Assembly (NCBI RefSeq): GCF_009914755.1
Contig: NC_060928.1
From: the human T2T-CHM13v2.0 reference genome, Homo sapiens
Direction: 5' to 3' (one strand)
DNA length: 64,000 bases
This document shows positions 1 to 12,644 of the stretch, piece after piece. The position numbers and the translations under genes are program-made. The notes beneath the pieces were generated by a model. The model had not been told where the DNA came from. It ran no database searches and was given only the letters and a program-made list of their open reading frames with translations. How positions within the stretch are numbered: position 1 is the stretch's first letter; every line of letters begins with the position of its first letter.

Positions 1-424
1 TTGAGTCTCACTACACAAAGTCTTGTATTTGTATTCAATTGCTTTTTTTTGCTTCTCCCATCATACAGTTTCTTTATATTTAACACAAACATAGGTGATA
101 ATTTGAAGACATGAAAGGCACTTTCTATTGAAGAATTTGGCCAAAGTGTCTGTTGGTATAAAACATAATGGATCTTTATAAGGAATTATCTTGATGTCAG
201 CATGCAGCTATTGGCACTTGATTACATTTTAGCACAAAGACTAATGAGGAAATAGTGACTGCTGTGGGTTGTGTTAGAAGTTTTATTTTATGCCTCTATT
301 ATTAGGTTATCTAGATATTAATCCTCTAGTTTTTATAAGAATTCCTCTGAAGCTTAAAAGTAGCTACCTTCTCATATAACAATGTTCTCTGTTAAAATGT
401 GAATTCATTTTGAAAACACTTGAG

Positions 425-783
425 CTGTCTATTATTCAGGGTTCTTCAGAGAAACAGAATCAGTAGAATGTGTATGTGTGTGGAGTGTGTGGAGCAGGAT
501 ATTTTAAGGAATTGATTCAGTTGATTGAGGCAATTGCAGGGCTGACAAGTCTAAACTCTGCAGAGAAAGCCAACAGACTGGAGACACAAGGAAGAAAGAA
601 TTGACACAACTCAAGTCTGAAGGAGAAGTGCTGGCAACATTCCCTCTTCATCTGGGGAGGCCAGTCTTTTCTTTAAGGCCTTCAACTGATTGCATGAGGC
701 CCACCTGCATTATGAATGGCAATCTACTTTACTCAAAGTCTACTGATCTAAATGTTGATTCCATTCAAAAATATTTTACAGAA
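425..783 (-). mobile_element. MLT2 (ERVL) solo LTR, left piece, interrupted by the insertion at 784-2458
   Basis: Starts with the MLT2 reverse-strand end pattern tattcagggttcttcagagaaacagaatc and runs to aatctactttactcaaagtctactgatctaaatgttgatt. It resumes collinearly at 2459. Confidence 0.85.
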
Positions 784-794
784 TGTATTACCTA

Positions 795-959
<165 letters not shown>

Positions 960-1006
960 TCATGGGGAACCTAGGAAATAGATGGTCCATTGGCCTGCTC
1001 CTCTCA

Positions 1007-1234
<228 letters not shown>

Positions 1235-1369
1235 CTATTTAGTACTGGGGGGACCCTGCTATTACCCTTAGCCAGCATCAGGGGCTGCTCCTACATCATT
1301 CCATCATTGTCTCCTTGGGCAAATTTCAACCTAGTTCAACCATCCATCAAAATCCTCTGCTGTACTTAC

Positions 1370-1461
1370 AATAGTGGTGCCAAATGTCTTTATCCTATGC
1401 AGGAGGATAGCAACCAGGATGAAGACCAGCATGAGAAGTCCGTTGAGTTCACGTGAATTTT
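1370..1461 (-). pseudogene. YIPF3: YIPF3-like exon remnant (KI..ELNGLLMLVFILVAILLHRIKTFGTTI)
   Basis: Matches recalled YIPF3 [31 protein letters not shown]. Flanked by a tggcag acceptor and a perfect gtaagt donor (acttac at 1364-1369). Contains a 1-bp deletion. Confidence 0.9.
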
Positions 1462-1574
1462 CTGCCAAAATACCAATTCATTCAGGCTGGAGGATAAAAT
1501 GGGTCTTCTACCTGTGCCTTCTCAGGCTTTGCCTGGTGGCCCACCTTCTGCCAGACATGATATTCCCTGATAAC

Positions 1575-1619
1575 CTGGAGGAAGTTGACTATCTTGTTGG
1601 GATCATGGACTGCAGCAGC
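1575..1619 (-). pseudogene. YIPF3: YIPF3-like short exon remnant (LLQSMIP.KIVNFLQ)
   Basis: Matches recalled YIPF3 RLLESMIPIKMVNFPQ. GT donor at 1573-1574; polypyrimidine tract present with the acceptor decayed to GG. Confidence 0.85.
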
Positions 1620-2458
1620 CCGGGAGAGGAAAGGAGAGATAAGAGCAAGGCAGCACTGGGCTATGAGGTTCTGGAGAGCAAGGCCTGACTCCTACTCATC
1701 ACTCTAACTTCAGGGAATGAGGCCTCCCACAATGTATGCTGGCTGACAGCGGGAGGAAAGGGTAGTAAAGACATAGGGAATGGGGAAATTATTTCCTTGC
1801 CGCTAAAATACCTGCAGGAAGGACAACCCTCTGAAACAGCTAACTGAAGTAGCAGCTATACAGAAGACTTAGAGCCCAACTGGGCCTTGGGAAAGGGCCT
1901 GACCATTTACCTATTTGACCCATTTCCCTTTAAAAGGCTGGTAAACCTCAGCAGAGTGCTCAGAATTCAGGGCTGTGATGGTGAGGCCCTGGAAAATGTT
2001 GAGAAGAAAAAGTGTTAATGAGGGAACCAGTATGCCTCCTGCCTCTTTCTGCTTAACTCTTCTTCCTGGCACCACTGAGCATTTTCTTGAGAAATATATT
2101 TAAAGTGTTATGACAATTTCACACACACAAAAATAAAAGTACAAGTCACTTCCCCATGCTTTTCTTAAGTGGCTAGCTCCTAATAATAGCTTGGAATTTA
2201 GCTAGATTTTGCTTCCTTTGGGAGACCTGCCCTGTCCCACCCACCAACCTACTCAGGCTCGGGTGTGTCTCCTGCATGCCATGATAGCACATGGGTACTG
2301 TATTGTGACTGCACTCCAGGGCAAGACTCCTATCCATCCTCACCACAGAATTAGACACAGAAAGTATAGGGCCTGGCATGGAGCAAATGCTTAATGAATA
2401 CTTTCTTAACAGTCCTAGGTATTTGATAGGCACTGATTACATTAAAGGATGAAAGAAA

Positions 2459-2550
2459 AAAAATATTTCACAGAAACATCTCGAATTATATTAGACCAAA
2501 TATCTGAGTACCATGGCCTAGTCAAGTTGACACATAAAATTGACCATCGT
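2459..2550 (-). mobile_element. MLT2 solo LTR, right piece
   Basis: cacagaaacatc...gaccaaatatctgagtaccatggcctagtcaagttgacacataaaattgaccatc is the canonical MLT2 terminus and continues the element broken at 783. Confidence 0.85.
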
Positions 2551-3403
2551 AGGATTCATCCTTTATTTTCTCTTTCCTAATTGAATCTGAATATGTAGTC
2601 TAAGTATATAGAAAACACAATAGATGTACTGTCAGGGACACATCCAAAATTCCAGAAACACGCATACACACACACGCACTGACACACATGTTCAAAGTAT
2701 TTCACAGAGGTGCTGGGTGTTTAATAGTTTATATGGATCTTAATAATGAGGGTAGCAATTAAAATAACTTTTATATCATATCATATCATATCTTACTGGT
2801 CACTCCATTAATCATGCAGGGAAAACAGTGACTCCTGAACTACATGAATAAACTTCAGCAACTCAGAAGAAACAGAGGAAGAAATACCTTCATTAGTATT
2901 ATAACTTCCATATGATGAAGACCCCTGCAACTTTGACAAAAAGAATGCTTCCAGGCTCTGATGTAAGAAGTGAAAAACTGCCATGAACTTTGGATTAGGG
3001 GCATTTGTATTTGTGCAGAATAATTGATTTTAGTTGCCCTCTATTGCTTACTTCTTGGCTTACTAATACAGAGTTGGTAGTTTCTGCATCTTTAAAGCTG
3101 CCCTAGGTAAAAGTTATTTCACTAAGATCTGATTATATTTGTATTTCATAGTGTTTTTCCGCATAGCAATCTATTCATCATTTATACAAGGAGAGCTGAT
3201 GGCATCACTTCCCACTTCTGTTATGTTTGTCAGGATGAACTATGTTGCACACCTTTCTATCAGAAGGCATCTTTGAAGGAAAAATAGAACTCTGAGAACC
3301 AGTGAATAACAGGAGCATCTCCAGCACCAGAGAAACAAAGGAGAACATAATATAATAATGTGTTCCATCAGTACAATCCTGCCTATTTATATTTATCACC
3401 ATC

Positions 3404-5663
3404 TGACATGGTTTGGCTGTGTCTCCACCCAAATCCTCATCTTGAATTCTCACGTGTTGTGGGAGGGACACAGTGGGAGGTGATTGATTCTTGGGTGCAA
3501 GTCTTTCCCATGCTGCTCTCGTGATAGTGAATGAGTCTCACAAGATCTGATGGTTTTAAAAAGGGGCATTCCCCTGCACAATCTCTCTCTCTCTTTGCCT
3601 GCCGCCATCCATATAAGATGTGATTTGTTCTTTCTTGCCTTCTGCCATGATTGTGAGGCTTCTCCAGGAATGTGGAACTGTAAGTCCAATTAAACCTCTT
3701 TCTTTTGTAAATTGCCCAGTCTCAGGTATATCTTTATCAGCAGCGTGGAAACAGACGAATACAGTAAATTGGTACCAGTAGAGTGGGGCACTGCTGAAAA
3801 GATACCAAAAAAATGTGGAAGCGACTTTGAAACTGGCTAACAGGCAGAGGTTGGAACAGTTTGCAGGACTCAGAAGACAGGAAACTGTGGAAAAGTTTGG
3901 AACTCCATAGAGACTTGTTGAATGGCTTTGACCAAAAGCCTGATAGCAACATGGACAATAAGGTCCAGGCTGAGGTGGTCTCAGATGGAAATGAGAAACT
4001 TGTTTGGAACGGGAGCAAAGGTGACTGTTGTTATATTTTAGCAAAGAGACTGGTGGCATTTTGCCCCACCCTAGTGATTTGTGAGAGAGATGATTTAGGG
4101 CATCTGACCGAAGAAATTTCTAGCAGCAAAGCATTCAAGAATTGACTTGGGTGCTGTTAAAGGCATTCAGTTTAATAAGGGAAGCAGAGCATAAAAATTC
4201 ACAAAATTTGCAGCCCGACAATGTGATAGAAAAAAAAATTCCCATTTTCTGAGAGAAGTTCGAGGTGGCTGCAGAAATTTGCATAAGTAACAAGGAGCTG
4301 ACTGTTAATCATTCAGCATGTCATCCAGGGCATGTCAGAGATCTTCATGGCAGCCCCTCCCATCACAGGCCTGGAGTCCTAAAAGGAAAATGTGGTTTCC
4401 TGGGCTGGGCCCAGGGTCCCCATGCTATGTGCAGACTATGGACTTGGTGCCCTGCATCCCAGCCACTCCAGTCATGACTAAAAAGGGCCAAGGTACAGCT
4501 AGGGCTGTTGCTTCAGAGGGTGGAAGATCCAAGCTCTGGCAGCTTCCACGTGGTGTTGAGCCTGTGGGTGCACAGAATTCAAGAATTGAGGTTTGGGAAC
4601 TTCTGCCTAGATTTCAGAAGATGTATAGAAATGCCCGGATGCCCAAGCAGAAGTTTGCTGCAGGAGCGAGGCCCTCATGGAGAACTTCTGCTAGGGCAGT
4701 GCAGAAGGGAAACGTGGGATTGGAACCCCCACAGAGTCCCTACTTGGGCACCACCAAGTGGAGCTGTGAGAGGAGGGACACAGCCATCCTCCAGACCCCA
4801 GAATGGTAGATCTACCAACATCTTGTACCATGCTCCTGGAAAAGCCTCAGACACTCAATGCCACCCCATGAAAGCAACTGAGTGAGAGGCTATACCCAGC
4901 AAAGGCATAGGGGAAGAGCTGCCCAAGACCATGGGAACCCACCTCTTGCATCAGCATGACCTGGATGTGAGACATGGAGTCAAGGAGATCATTTTGGAAC
5001 TTTTAAGATTTGACTGCCCTGCTGGATTTCGGACTTTCATGGGTACTGTAGCCCCTTTGTTTTGGCCAGTCTCTCCAATTTGGAATGGCTGTATCTACCC
5101 AATGTCTTTACTCCCATTGTGTCTAGGAAGTAACTAACTTGTTTTGACTTTACAGTTTCATAGGCAGAAGGAACTTGCGTTGTCTCAGATGGGACTTTGG
5201 ACCCGGACTTTTGCATTAATGCTGAAATGAGTTAAGACTTTGGGAGACTGTTGGGATGGCATGATTGGCTTTGAAATGTGAGGACAAGAGAGGGGCCAGG
5301 GTGGAACGATATGGTTTGGCTGTGCCCCCACCCAAATCTCCATCTTGAATTCCCATGCACTGTGGGAGGGACCAAGTTGGGGAGGTGATTGAACTATGGG
5401 GGTGGGATTTTCCTATGCTGTTCTCATGATAGTGAATGAGTCTCATGAGCTCTGATGGTTTCATAAAGAGGAATTCCCCTGCACAAACTCTCTTTCTTTG
5501 CCTGCCACCATCCACGTAAGATGTGACTTGCTCCTCCTTGCCTTCTGCCGTGATCCTGAGGCTTCCCCAGTCACATGGACTGTAAATCCAATTAAACCTC
5601 TTTCTTGTGTAAATTGTCCAGTGTCTGCTGTCTTTATCAGCAGCGTAAAAACAGATTAATACA
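3404..5663 (+). mobile_element. Full-length THE1 (MaLR) element: LTR 3404-3763, internal 3764-5306, LTR 5307-5663
   Basis: Both LTRs begin tga[c/t]atggtttggctgtg and end aataca. The internal region starts gtaaattggtaccagtagagtgggg. Purine-rich tract before the 3' LTR; 5-bp TSD ccatc/ccatt. Confidence 0.95.
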
Positions 5664-7762
5664 CCATTCTTGCCTCAACTTATTTTTTGTCTAACTACTT
5701 TTTTTTTTTACAAAATTATTAAAGGCAGACTCCACAAGATCCAGAATTTTCACAACTTTATAATCAACTATTTCCATCTTAATAGGGAATAAAAAATCCC
5801 ATAATTTATAGGTGCATCTACAGGATTGATACAGAATTAATACATTTCATGTCAATAATAGACACAACTAATCATAAAGTTAAGGCAGCACAAATTCTAT
5901 TTTTAATATTTTTTGTGCTATGTGATTGGTCATGTTGTTGCACTGTGCTAAAGGCTTTACCTGTGACTTCCTTCACTCAGAAGGTGGAAATGTATCTGTA
6001 TTCAATTATGGGTGGTTATTCCTGCCTGTATTTTGGTGATACAATAAACAGTAGCCATCAGCTTATACTCAAAGTTAATTTTCTTTGAAAATACTTATTT
6101 TTATGAATATTTGCTGTATTTCTAGGATAAGAGGAGGCTAAGTTTGGAAATCACTTTACTTTTCCCCTACCAATACTCAAACTCATACTTAAACTCTTTC
6201 TCTAAGCCTCTACAGGTCTGTCTAACTGAACTATCATCAAACTCTTCCTCTAAGCCTCTTCGAGTCTATCTTTACCTACCATCAATCTCAAATGTCAGCA
6301 TCAGAAAATGTCACTGTCTTTTTTTTTGCTGTGTTTATTAGGGGTTCACAGTCTCCTGATGGAGATGAGTTGATTCCAGTTATTAAATATTTTATGTTTA
6401 ATATATATGACTAATTCATGCTGATCTTTGTTGTTTTTTTATCTGTTGACTGTTTTTTTAATTTATTTTTCCCTTCAAGTTAATATTCATCTTTCCTCCT
6501 CTCATTATTTTCTCTTGTTTTGCTTATTTCCAATTTGTCTCCTCATTTTATTTTGAGACACAATCAGACTTTGAAATTTTTCATTTCAAGTCTTCTCATT
6601 TTCTTGCTTTTATTTCACACATTAGGAAAGTCTATTAATTTTCCCTTTGAAACCCTTTTATTGTAGTGGCAAAGGACCACATAGCTAGCAGTGCTACCAG
6701 GAATCCTGTGAGAAAGCAAAACAACTTAAAATTTTCAATTGACTGCATGAGGAAAGGAAACAGTAGGTTTCTTCAAATCAAAGGGATTCTGTTTGCAGTT
6801 GAATACATGAAGTCATTTTTTACGTTTTGCGAGGATAAAATATAGTATTAGCTGTCTGAGGTTTAAGATTATAATAGCTGAAAACAGGAAAAGGGAAGAT
6901 AGAGGATGTCTTGAGAGGGGAGGTGAAATAGAAATTTCAATATTTAAAGGCTCCTTATAAAATAAAACTAAAAGTTTGAAAAATGCTTATTCAAACACAC
7001 ATTCTTTAAAAAGGTAGGACATAAAACGTAAATAGCCAGCAGTACTGAATTTTTCCCTTCTCACCTTCCCAGTTTACCTTTATATAACTATGATGTCCTA
7101 GAGCAAATTACTAACATAATATTTTTATCTTTTCTGTACCATTCACTATAGGGATGGCAAATAAATCTTATTTCACATGTGCACTCAAGAAATGAATAGT
7201 GACTGCCTGGTGAAATCCACTCAGCAGCCCTGGAAGCTATGTCTGGGTTCAGGGACAGAACAATAATTTGTATTATGAATTACTGAGGGAAAAAGGGGAC
7301 ACACCACTTACATTTATACCTTAGAAAATACTTAGTTTAAGGAGAGCATTTTGGTCCACAATTTCATCTGTGATTCATAACAATATTTAGGAAATTGCTT
7401 TAGGTTATTTTATATTATAAATGACTGAAAAATGACAATGTTTAAAGAAAAGTGACAAGAAAATGTAAATAATACATTATATACAATTATTTTATACATA
7501 ATATGAAGGACAAGAAAATGTATTTTTTATAATAGACCAAAATATACTTTGTAAGCTTAACATTATTCTTATGAAAAGTTAGGACTTAGCTGACTGACAA
7601 GAAATCCTCTCAAGTGTGTGTAACTAAAAATTAACATAGCATTTATTAAATAATCTTCTGTTGTTAAACTTCTAATTTCAAAACATCCTATATATGTGTA
7701 CAATATATAGTTATCTGGAAATATTTTAGACAATTTCATTAACAATTTAATTGCCTGAGTTT

Positions 7763-7783
7763 TCCTCTTTCTTTTTTTCTTTC

Positions 7784-7836
<53 letters not shown>

Positions 7837-7848
7837 TTCTTTCTTTCT

Positions 7849-7892
<44 letters not shown>

Positions 7893-8063
7893 TTCTTCTC
7901 TCTCTCTCTTTCTTTTTTTTTTTTTTTTTTTTTTTTTTGTATTTTAGGAGAGATGGGGTTTCACCATGTTGGCCAGGATGGTGTCTACTTCCTGACCTCG
8001 CGATCCGCCTGCTTCGGCCTCCCAAAGTGCTGGGATTACAGGCATGAGCCACCGCGCCCAGCC
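7763..8063 (-). mobile_element. Alu left monomer only, with an A-tail expanded into a (GAAA)n microsatellite
   Basis: Reverse strand reads ggctgggcgcggtggctcatgcctgtaatcccagcac...aaaatacaaaa, then A-run and AAAG repeats. 14-bp TSD aattgcctgagttt at 7749-7762 and 8065-8078. Confidence 0.9.
7765..7938. repeat. (TTTC)n / poly(T) simple repeat
   Basis: Directly visible. It accounts for the spurious ORFs 7747-8052 and 7751-8047. Confidence 0.95.
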
Positions 8064-8617
8064 AAATTGCCTGAGTTTCATATTTTTATACAAAAAGAAA
8101 GTTTCTTGCAGAAAAGATAATGTTAACTAATTTGGTAAGAATTTACTATGAGTGTCTACAATCTAAAATTCAGCTGTGGAGCAAGTTTGAGATTTTCATA
8201 TTTCTGATGTACAACAAATTGCGCTGCATATGCTTTTCAATGTACTCATTTATAAAATAGCTGATTTGATACTCATATCCAATGGAAGCAGGCCAGTGTT
8301 TCAATATAGGACACAATTCAATTCTAATCATAGCTCACTGAGATTTTTATATTGAAAAGTTGCTGTTGTCCTTTAGCAAACCACTGAAGTGAATTTAGTG
8401 GCTGGGAAAACTGCCAGACAAGCAGAGATCCAAACCAAACTCCTTTAAACCATAGAATTACAACATCAAAGTAAGCATAATTATCACTCTTCATATCCTG
8501 CTCTGCTGGCCACTTCAACTTGGCCTTGACAGAGACTCTTAAGTTTTTAAAGTGAAAAACTTTAAAAAGTATACATTCAGTACAATGTCTACAAATTAAA
8601 TATCTTACTCCATATTA

Positions 8618-8691
8618 CTAGGTTGGTGCAAAAGTAATTGCGGTTATTGAAAGTAATGGCAAAAACCGCAATTACTTTTGCACCAACTTAA
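8618..8691. mobile_element. MADE1 (Hsmar1-derived MITE)
   Basis: Terminal inverted repeats taggttggtgcaaaagtaattgcggtt / aaccgcaattacttttgcaccaactta with TA on both flanks. Small internal deletion. Confidence 0.95.
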
Positions 8692-8779
8692 TACCTTTTT
8701 GTAACATAAAAATAATACTTCTTAAATTTTCAACATATATGTACATTTATCATAAGCATACATGTATAAATTTAAAAGC

Positions 8780-9300
8780 AGCAATCTACTTACTGGTGAA
8801 AACCTAAAGGCATTAGAATTAAAATTAGAAAAATAAAAAGAAGGCCCAGTTTCACCAGTAATTTTAACACAAATATGAACATAGAGATACAGTAAAGAAA
8901 ACATAATATTGCGCATAATACATTGGAAAAGAAAATAGGAGTTATTTTGTCAACCTTAAAATAATATATTTAATTAGAGGAAAACTATGAAAATTCATTA
9001 GTAATTAGTAAGTTTTTAGGTCTTATTATAGATAGACAAAAATCAATAATTTTCATATAAATACAAAACATTTCCAAATAATTTTTAAAATTGAGCCAAT
9101 TATAATAATGCATTTGTCTCTTCCACTTTCTTTCTCTATATCTATGTATATAATTTTCCAAAAGTATAAAATGCAGAGTCTACGCAAAGACACATAAAAA
9201 CTGTTAAAATACATTAATAAAGACTTTGAATAAAGCAACAAGTGATAATTAGACTATTTGATTTTATAAAGATGTGAATTACTTTTATAATAACAATCAT
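8780..9300 (+). mobile_element. Highly decayed old L1 (L1M) ORF2 fragment
   Basis: A-rich sequence with L1-like tggtgaaaacctaaaggcatt and gaggcccagtttcacca. Boundaries approximate. Confidence 0.45.
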
Positions 9301-9604
9301 GTAGTATGTAACCCAAATCAATCATATTTCTATACATTTTGGGGAGCTTTATATATGTGTATATTATAATTCAAAAATTTAATTTGTATAAAAGATACAT
9401 AAAAATAATTGATAATGTAACATATATGTAGCAGAATATCTAAATGTTATGTCTAAAAAAGTAATACTTGTTTTATATAAGTGGCACAATTTACATAATT
9501 TTAATTTGAGTTAATTTATTTTATTTTTAAAGTTTTAACAGAATATTTAAGAAAGTATTAAATTAAAAAAATTATAAAAATTGACAAAATGTTTACAAAA
9601 AAAA

Positions 9605-9891
9605 TTTTTTTTGAGACAGGGTCTCTCTGTTGCCCAAGCTGGAGTGCAGTGGCATGATCATGGATCACTGCACCCTTGACCAACCAGACTCAAGAAATCG
9701 TCTCACCTAAGCCTCCTGAGTAGCTGGGACTACAGGGGCACGCCACCACCCCTGGCTAATTTTTTATATTTTGTAGAGACTGTGTCTTGCCACATTGCTC
9801 AGACTGGTCTCAAACTCCTGGACTCAAGCAATCCTCTCACCTCAGCCTCCCAAAGTGCTGCAATTAAAGGTGTAAACCACTGTACCTGGCT
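9605..9891 (-). mobile_element. AluJ
   Basis: gagacagggtctc...gatcatggatcactgca...ctcctggactcaagcaatcc shows J-type diagnostic positions. Confidence 0.9.
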
Positions 9892-10288
9892 ACTCTCAAA
9901 ATTTCTGACATACAAAAATTAAACATAATTTTAGATTGTTTCTGTGCTTATATTTATGAAGTCAACACAAATAAGAACAGCCTTTTAAATTATTAGAAAA
10001 TTTGGATGTGTTGAATTAGAGAACTAAATTTTAAAAAAGTTCTATTTAGCAATAAAAAGTAAATAAATTATTAAAACAATTATATGATATTTTGCCAATA
10101 AAATTGGCAAATTTCACAAGTATGAAATACCCTCCCCCTCATTTTTGAAGTAAACTGAAAAATTACAACCCATATTGACCTGTAAATTGCACAAAGGGAA
10201 ATGCAATTTTTTTCAATTACTCCCAGTGTATATCAGATATACTCATTCTCACTCTTGTGTATTTTTCAACTAGCAGATTTTGTACTTT

Positions 10289-11152
10289 TGATTGGGACAG
10301 GAGGCAGGGAAATTCTGGGCAGAAGAGGATGGGTCACCAGCAAGGGCCCCACCCTCAAGCATGGGACCACAGCCCAAAGTGAATATGTGCATTGCTGTTT
10401 TCCCACTCTAATGTTGCCTTTGCCAAAACCACCCTGGCCCTCACTGCCCCTCATCCTGTGCCCGTAAAAACCCCAGGCTCTGCTGGCAGAGAGCAGAGAA
10501 GAGGAGTAGCAATGGAATGTTGGAGGCTATGGTTTGACATCAAAGAAAAGCAGCTTTACTTCTGGGAGATGGCTTCATGGCATTGCTCTTGGGGAAGATC
10601 ACCTTCCCATTCCATTCCCTTTCCAGTCCTCCTTCCCACTGAGAGCCACTTTCATTGGCAATAAAATCTTCTTAATTTACCACCCTTCAATTTATTTGTG
10701 CAACCTGATTTTTCCTGGATGCTGAACAAGAGCTCGGGTGCCATGAGTGTGGATGCTAAAGGTTGTCACACCAATCCTATCCCCTCTCTGGTGGAGAGCA
10801 ACACCTCATGTTAAAAGGCATAGGACCCACTGAGCTGTTTAACACGTAAGCCGTCCACAGGCAGCAAAGCTAAAAGAGCACTGTAACACACACCCTCCTT
10901 GGCTTCAGGGGTTGTGGGTACTCCTGCTAGATGCTGCTACGGGGCCACATGGAGTTTTGCTTTGGCTGGCACCCAAAAGCACTCACTTAGACCCCTGCAC
11001 CCACTCACCTGCATGCTCCTCCTGCAAGGGGTTAAGTGCAACAGGGCCCAGTGAGTGGAGTTAGCCCCTGCTGGCACCAAAGCAGCTGACTGGCTCCAGC
11101 ACTGGCACTCCAGTTCCCGCCTGCAAAGAGGTCAGGGAAATTTCCTGCTTCA
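10289..11152 (+). mobile_element. 5' LTR (LTR1-like)
   Basis: tgattgggacaggaggcagggaaattctgggcagaagagg...tttcctgcttca, with AATAAA near 10660. Confidence 0.85.
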
Positions 11153-11154
11153 TC

Positions 11155-11172
11155 TGGAGGCTTATTTGGGAT
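11155..11172 (+). other. Primer-binding site, tRNA-Pro-like
   Basis: tggaggcttatttgggat versus the Pro PBS tgggggctcgtccgggat; all 5 differences are transitions. Confidence 0.75.
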
Positions 11173-12644
11173 CTACCAGAAGGGGGAGTAAACGCAAATC
11201 TGTCGGATCTGTCTCGTTGTCCTCAGACTTTCCTCTGAGCTATGCCACTTGCAGGAAACAGGATGCAACCTTGCCATCTCTCTTTCTTTTGGGTGAAAGG
11301 AATGTTTGGTCTCTTTCCCATCAAGAGATCTTGATGTTGCAGGGGACCGGAATAGAGTCCTGAGGCAAATGAAGGCATCTGGCCGAGGTCGCTGCCGGGT
11401 GTTGCTGGCCTCAAGCTGGAAGGTGTTGCTGGGAGGCCTCAAGACTGAACCCAGTCTCTGACCACCTGTCAAGGTGTTGGCCAAGAACCCCAGACTTTTC
11501 TATGACATTTTTTGTCTCCTTTCATCATTTAAAATGGCTCCTATCTCTTTTTTTATAATATTAAGAATTTTGTGGCAAACTGCAGAACTGTTACTAAGTA
11601 AAATGAGCATTTGGCCCAGCAATCAGATATCCATTTCAGAACAATGTAATTTTCGTTTGTTCCTAGAGGTGCCATCTCCACCCCCACCCTGACAGCTGCA
11701 GACACCTGCAACGCACCGTGGCTCCCCTCGTCACCCTTTCCCCTCCCAGCTGGAACACTCGGGCATGTCTGCAGGATGCACATGCCGCTCCCAATGGCCA
11801 CTTGGAGTGCGGGAGAGAACTGTGACTGCCGCCAGAGCCCCAGTGCCATCTTGGGGAACAAAGACCCCATGTGGGTGTCTGGCCAACATTTCCTGCTTTC
11901 TGGCCCCTCCCACCATGTGCCCATAGAGTCTTTCCTCCCCTGGCCAAGGAGACCAGCTTGGTTTGAAATGGAGGAGGAATACATTGATTGAAGAAACCCA
12001 TTTGAAAAGAGCAAGAGGCTCCCCCACCCCTTTAAGCTGCTTTTCTTTCTTTTTTCCTTTTCTATGTGAGAGAGTTCTTTTCCTACCTCAGAATTCTGCT
12101 TATGATAGGGAGGCAACAGAGGAGTGATCTCCACCAGCTTATAACTGCAAAATTGGCAAGGCCTTTCTGGGACTTAATCTAAATAAACCCATGCACCCCC
12201 TGAAACACCTTTTTGTCCTCAACTCAATTCTAAACTTCAGGTTAAAGCCCTAGAAAGGGAAACCAGATATAAGGGACCCGAAGTGAGGCAACAGGCACAG
12301 TATAAACAGGCAGGCAGAAGCAATTTCCAGTTTCTGCTGATTAAGCTTCTGCTTCATGGAAGGAGGTCATGCTTCATGGAATAGATAAGACCCAGGGAAG
12401 CAAAAGGTTGCTGACAGTAGTGGGGATGGAGGTGTAGGTGAGTGTGGAGAATCCCTATTCTCTAGGCCTTCCCTGCTTCACGAGTGCAGGCTGTAATGGC
12501 ACACATGTGTGGCATCTGTCTAAGGCCACTGGGTCTTGGGGATAAAAAGACAAAGAGAAAAGAGGGATACCCGTTTTTTCTCTCTCACACACCCCAAGAT
12601 TTTGCTGAAAGAAGGAAGTGAAATGAGAAATGCCTATTTCCCTT

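Noticed and set aside
3556-5515. ORFs of up to 167 aa in THE1
   Set aside because: Fragments or antisense readings of the decayed MaLR internal region and LTRs.
7747-8052. K/E/R-rich and F/S/L-rich ORFs
   Set aside because: Translation of the (TTTC)n microsatellite plus Alu sequence.
11553-12134. 193-aa minus-strand ORF, the longest in the window
   Set aside because: It is antisense to the GC-rich proviral leader, lacks an ATG start and has no recognisable domain.
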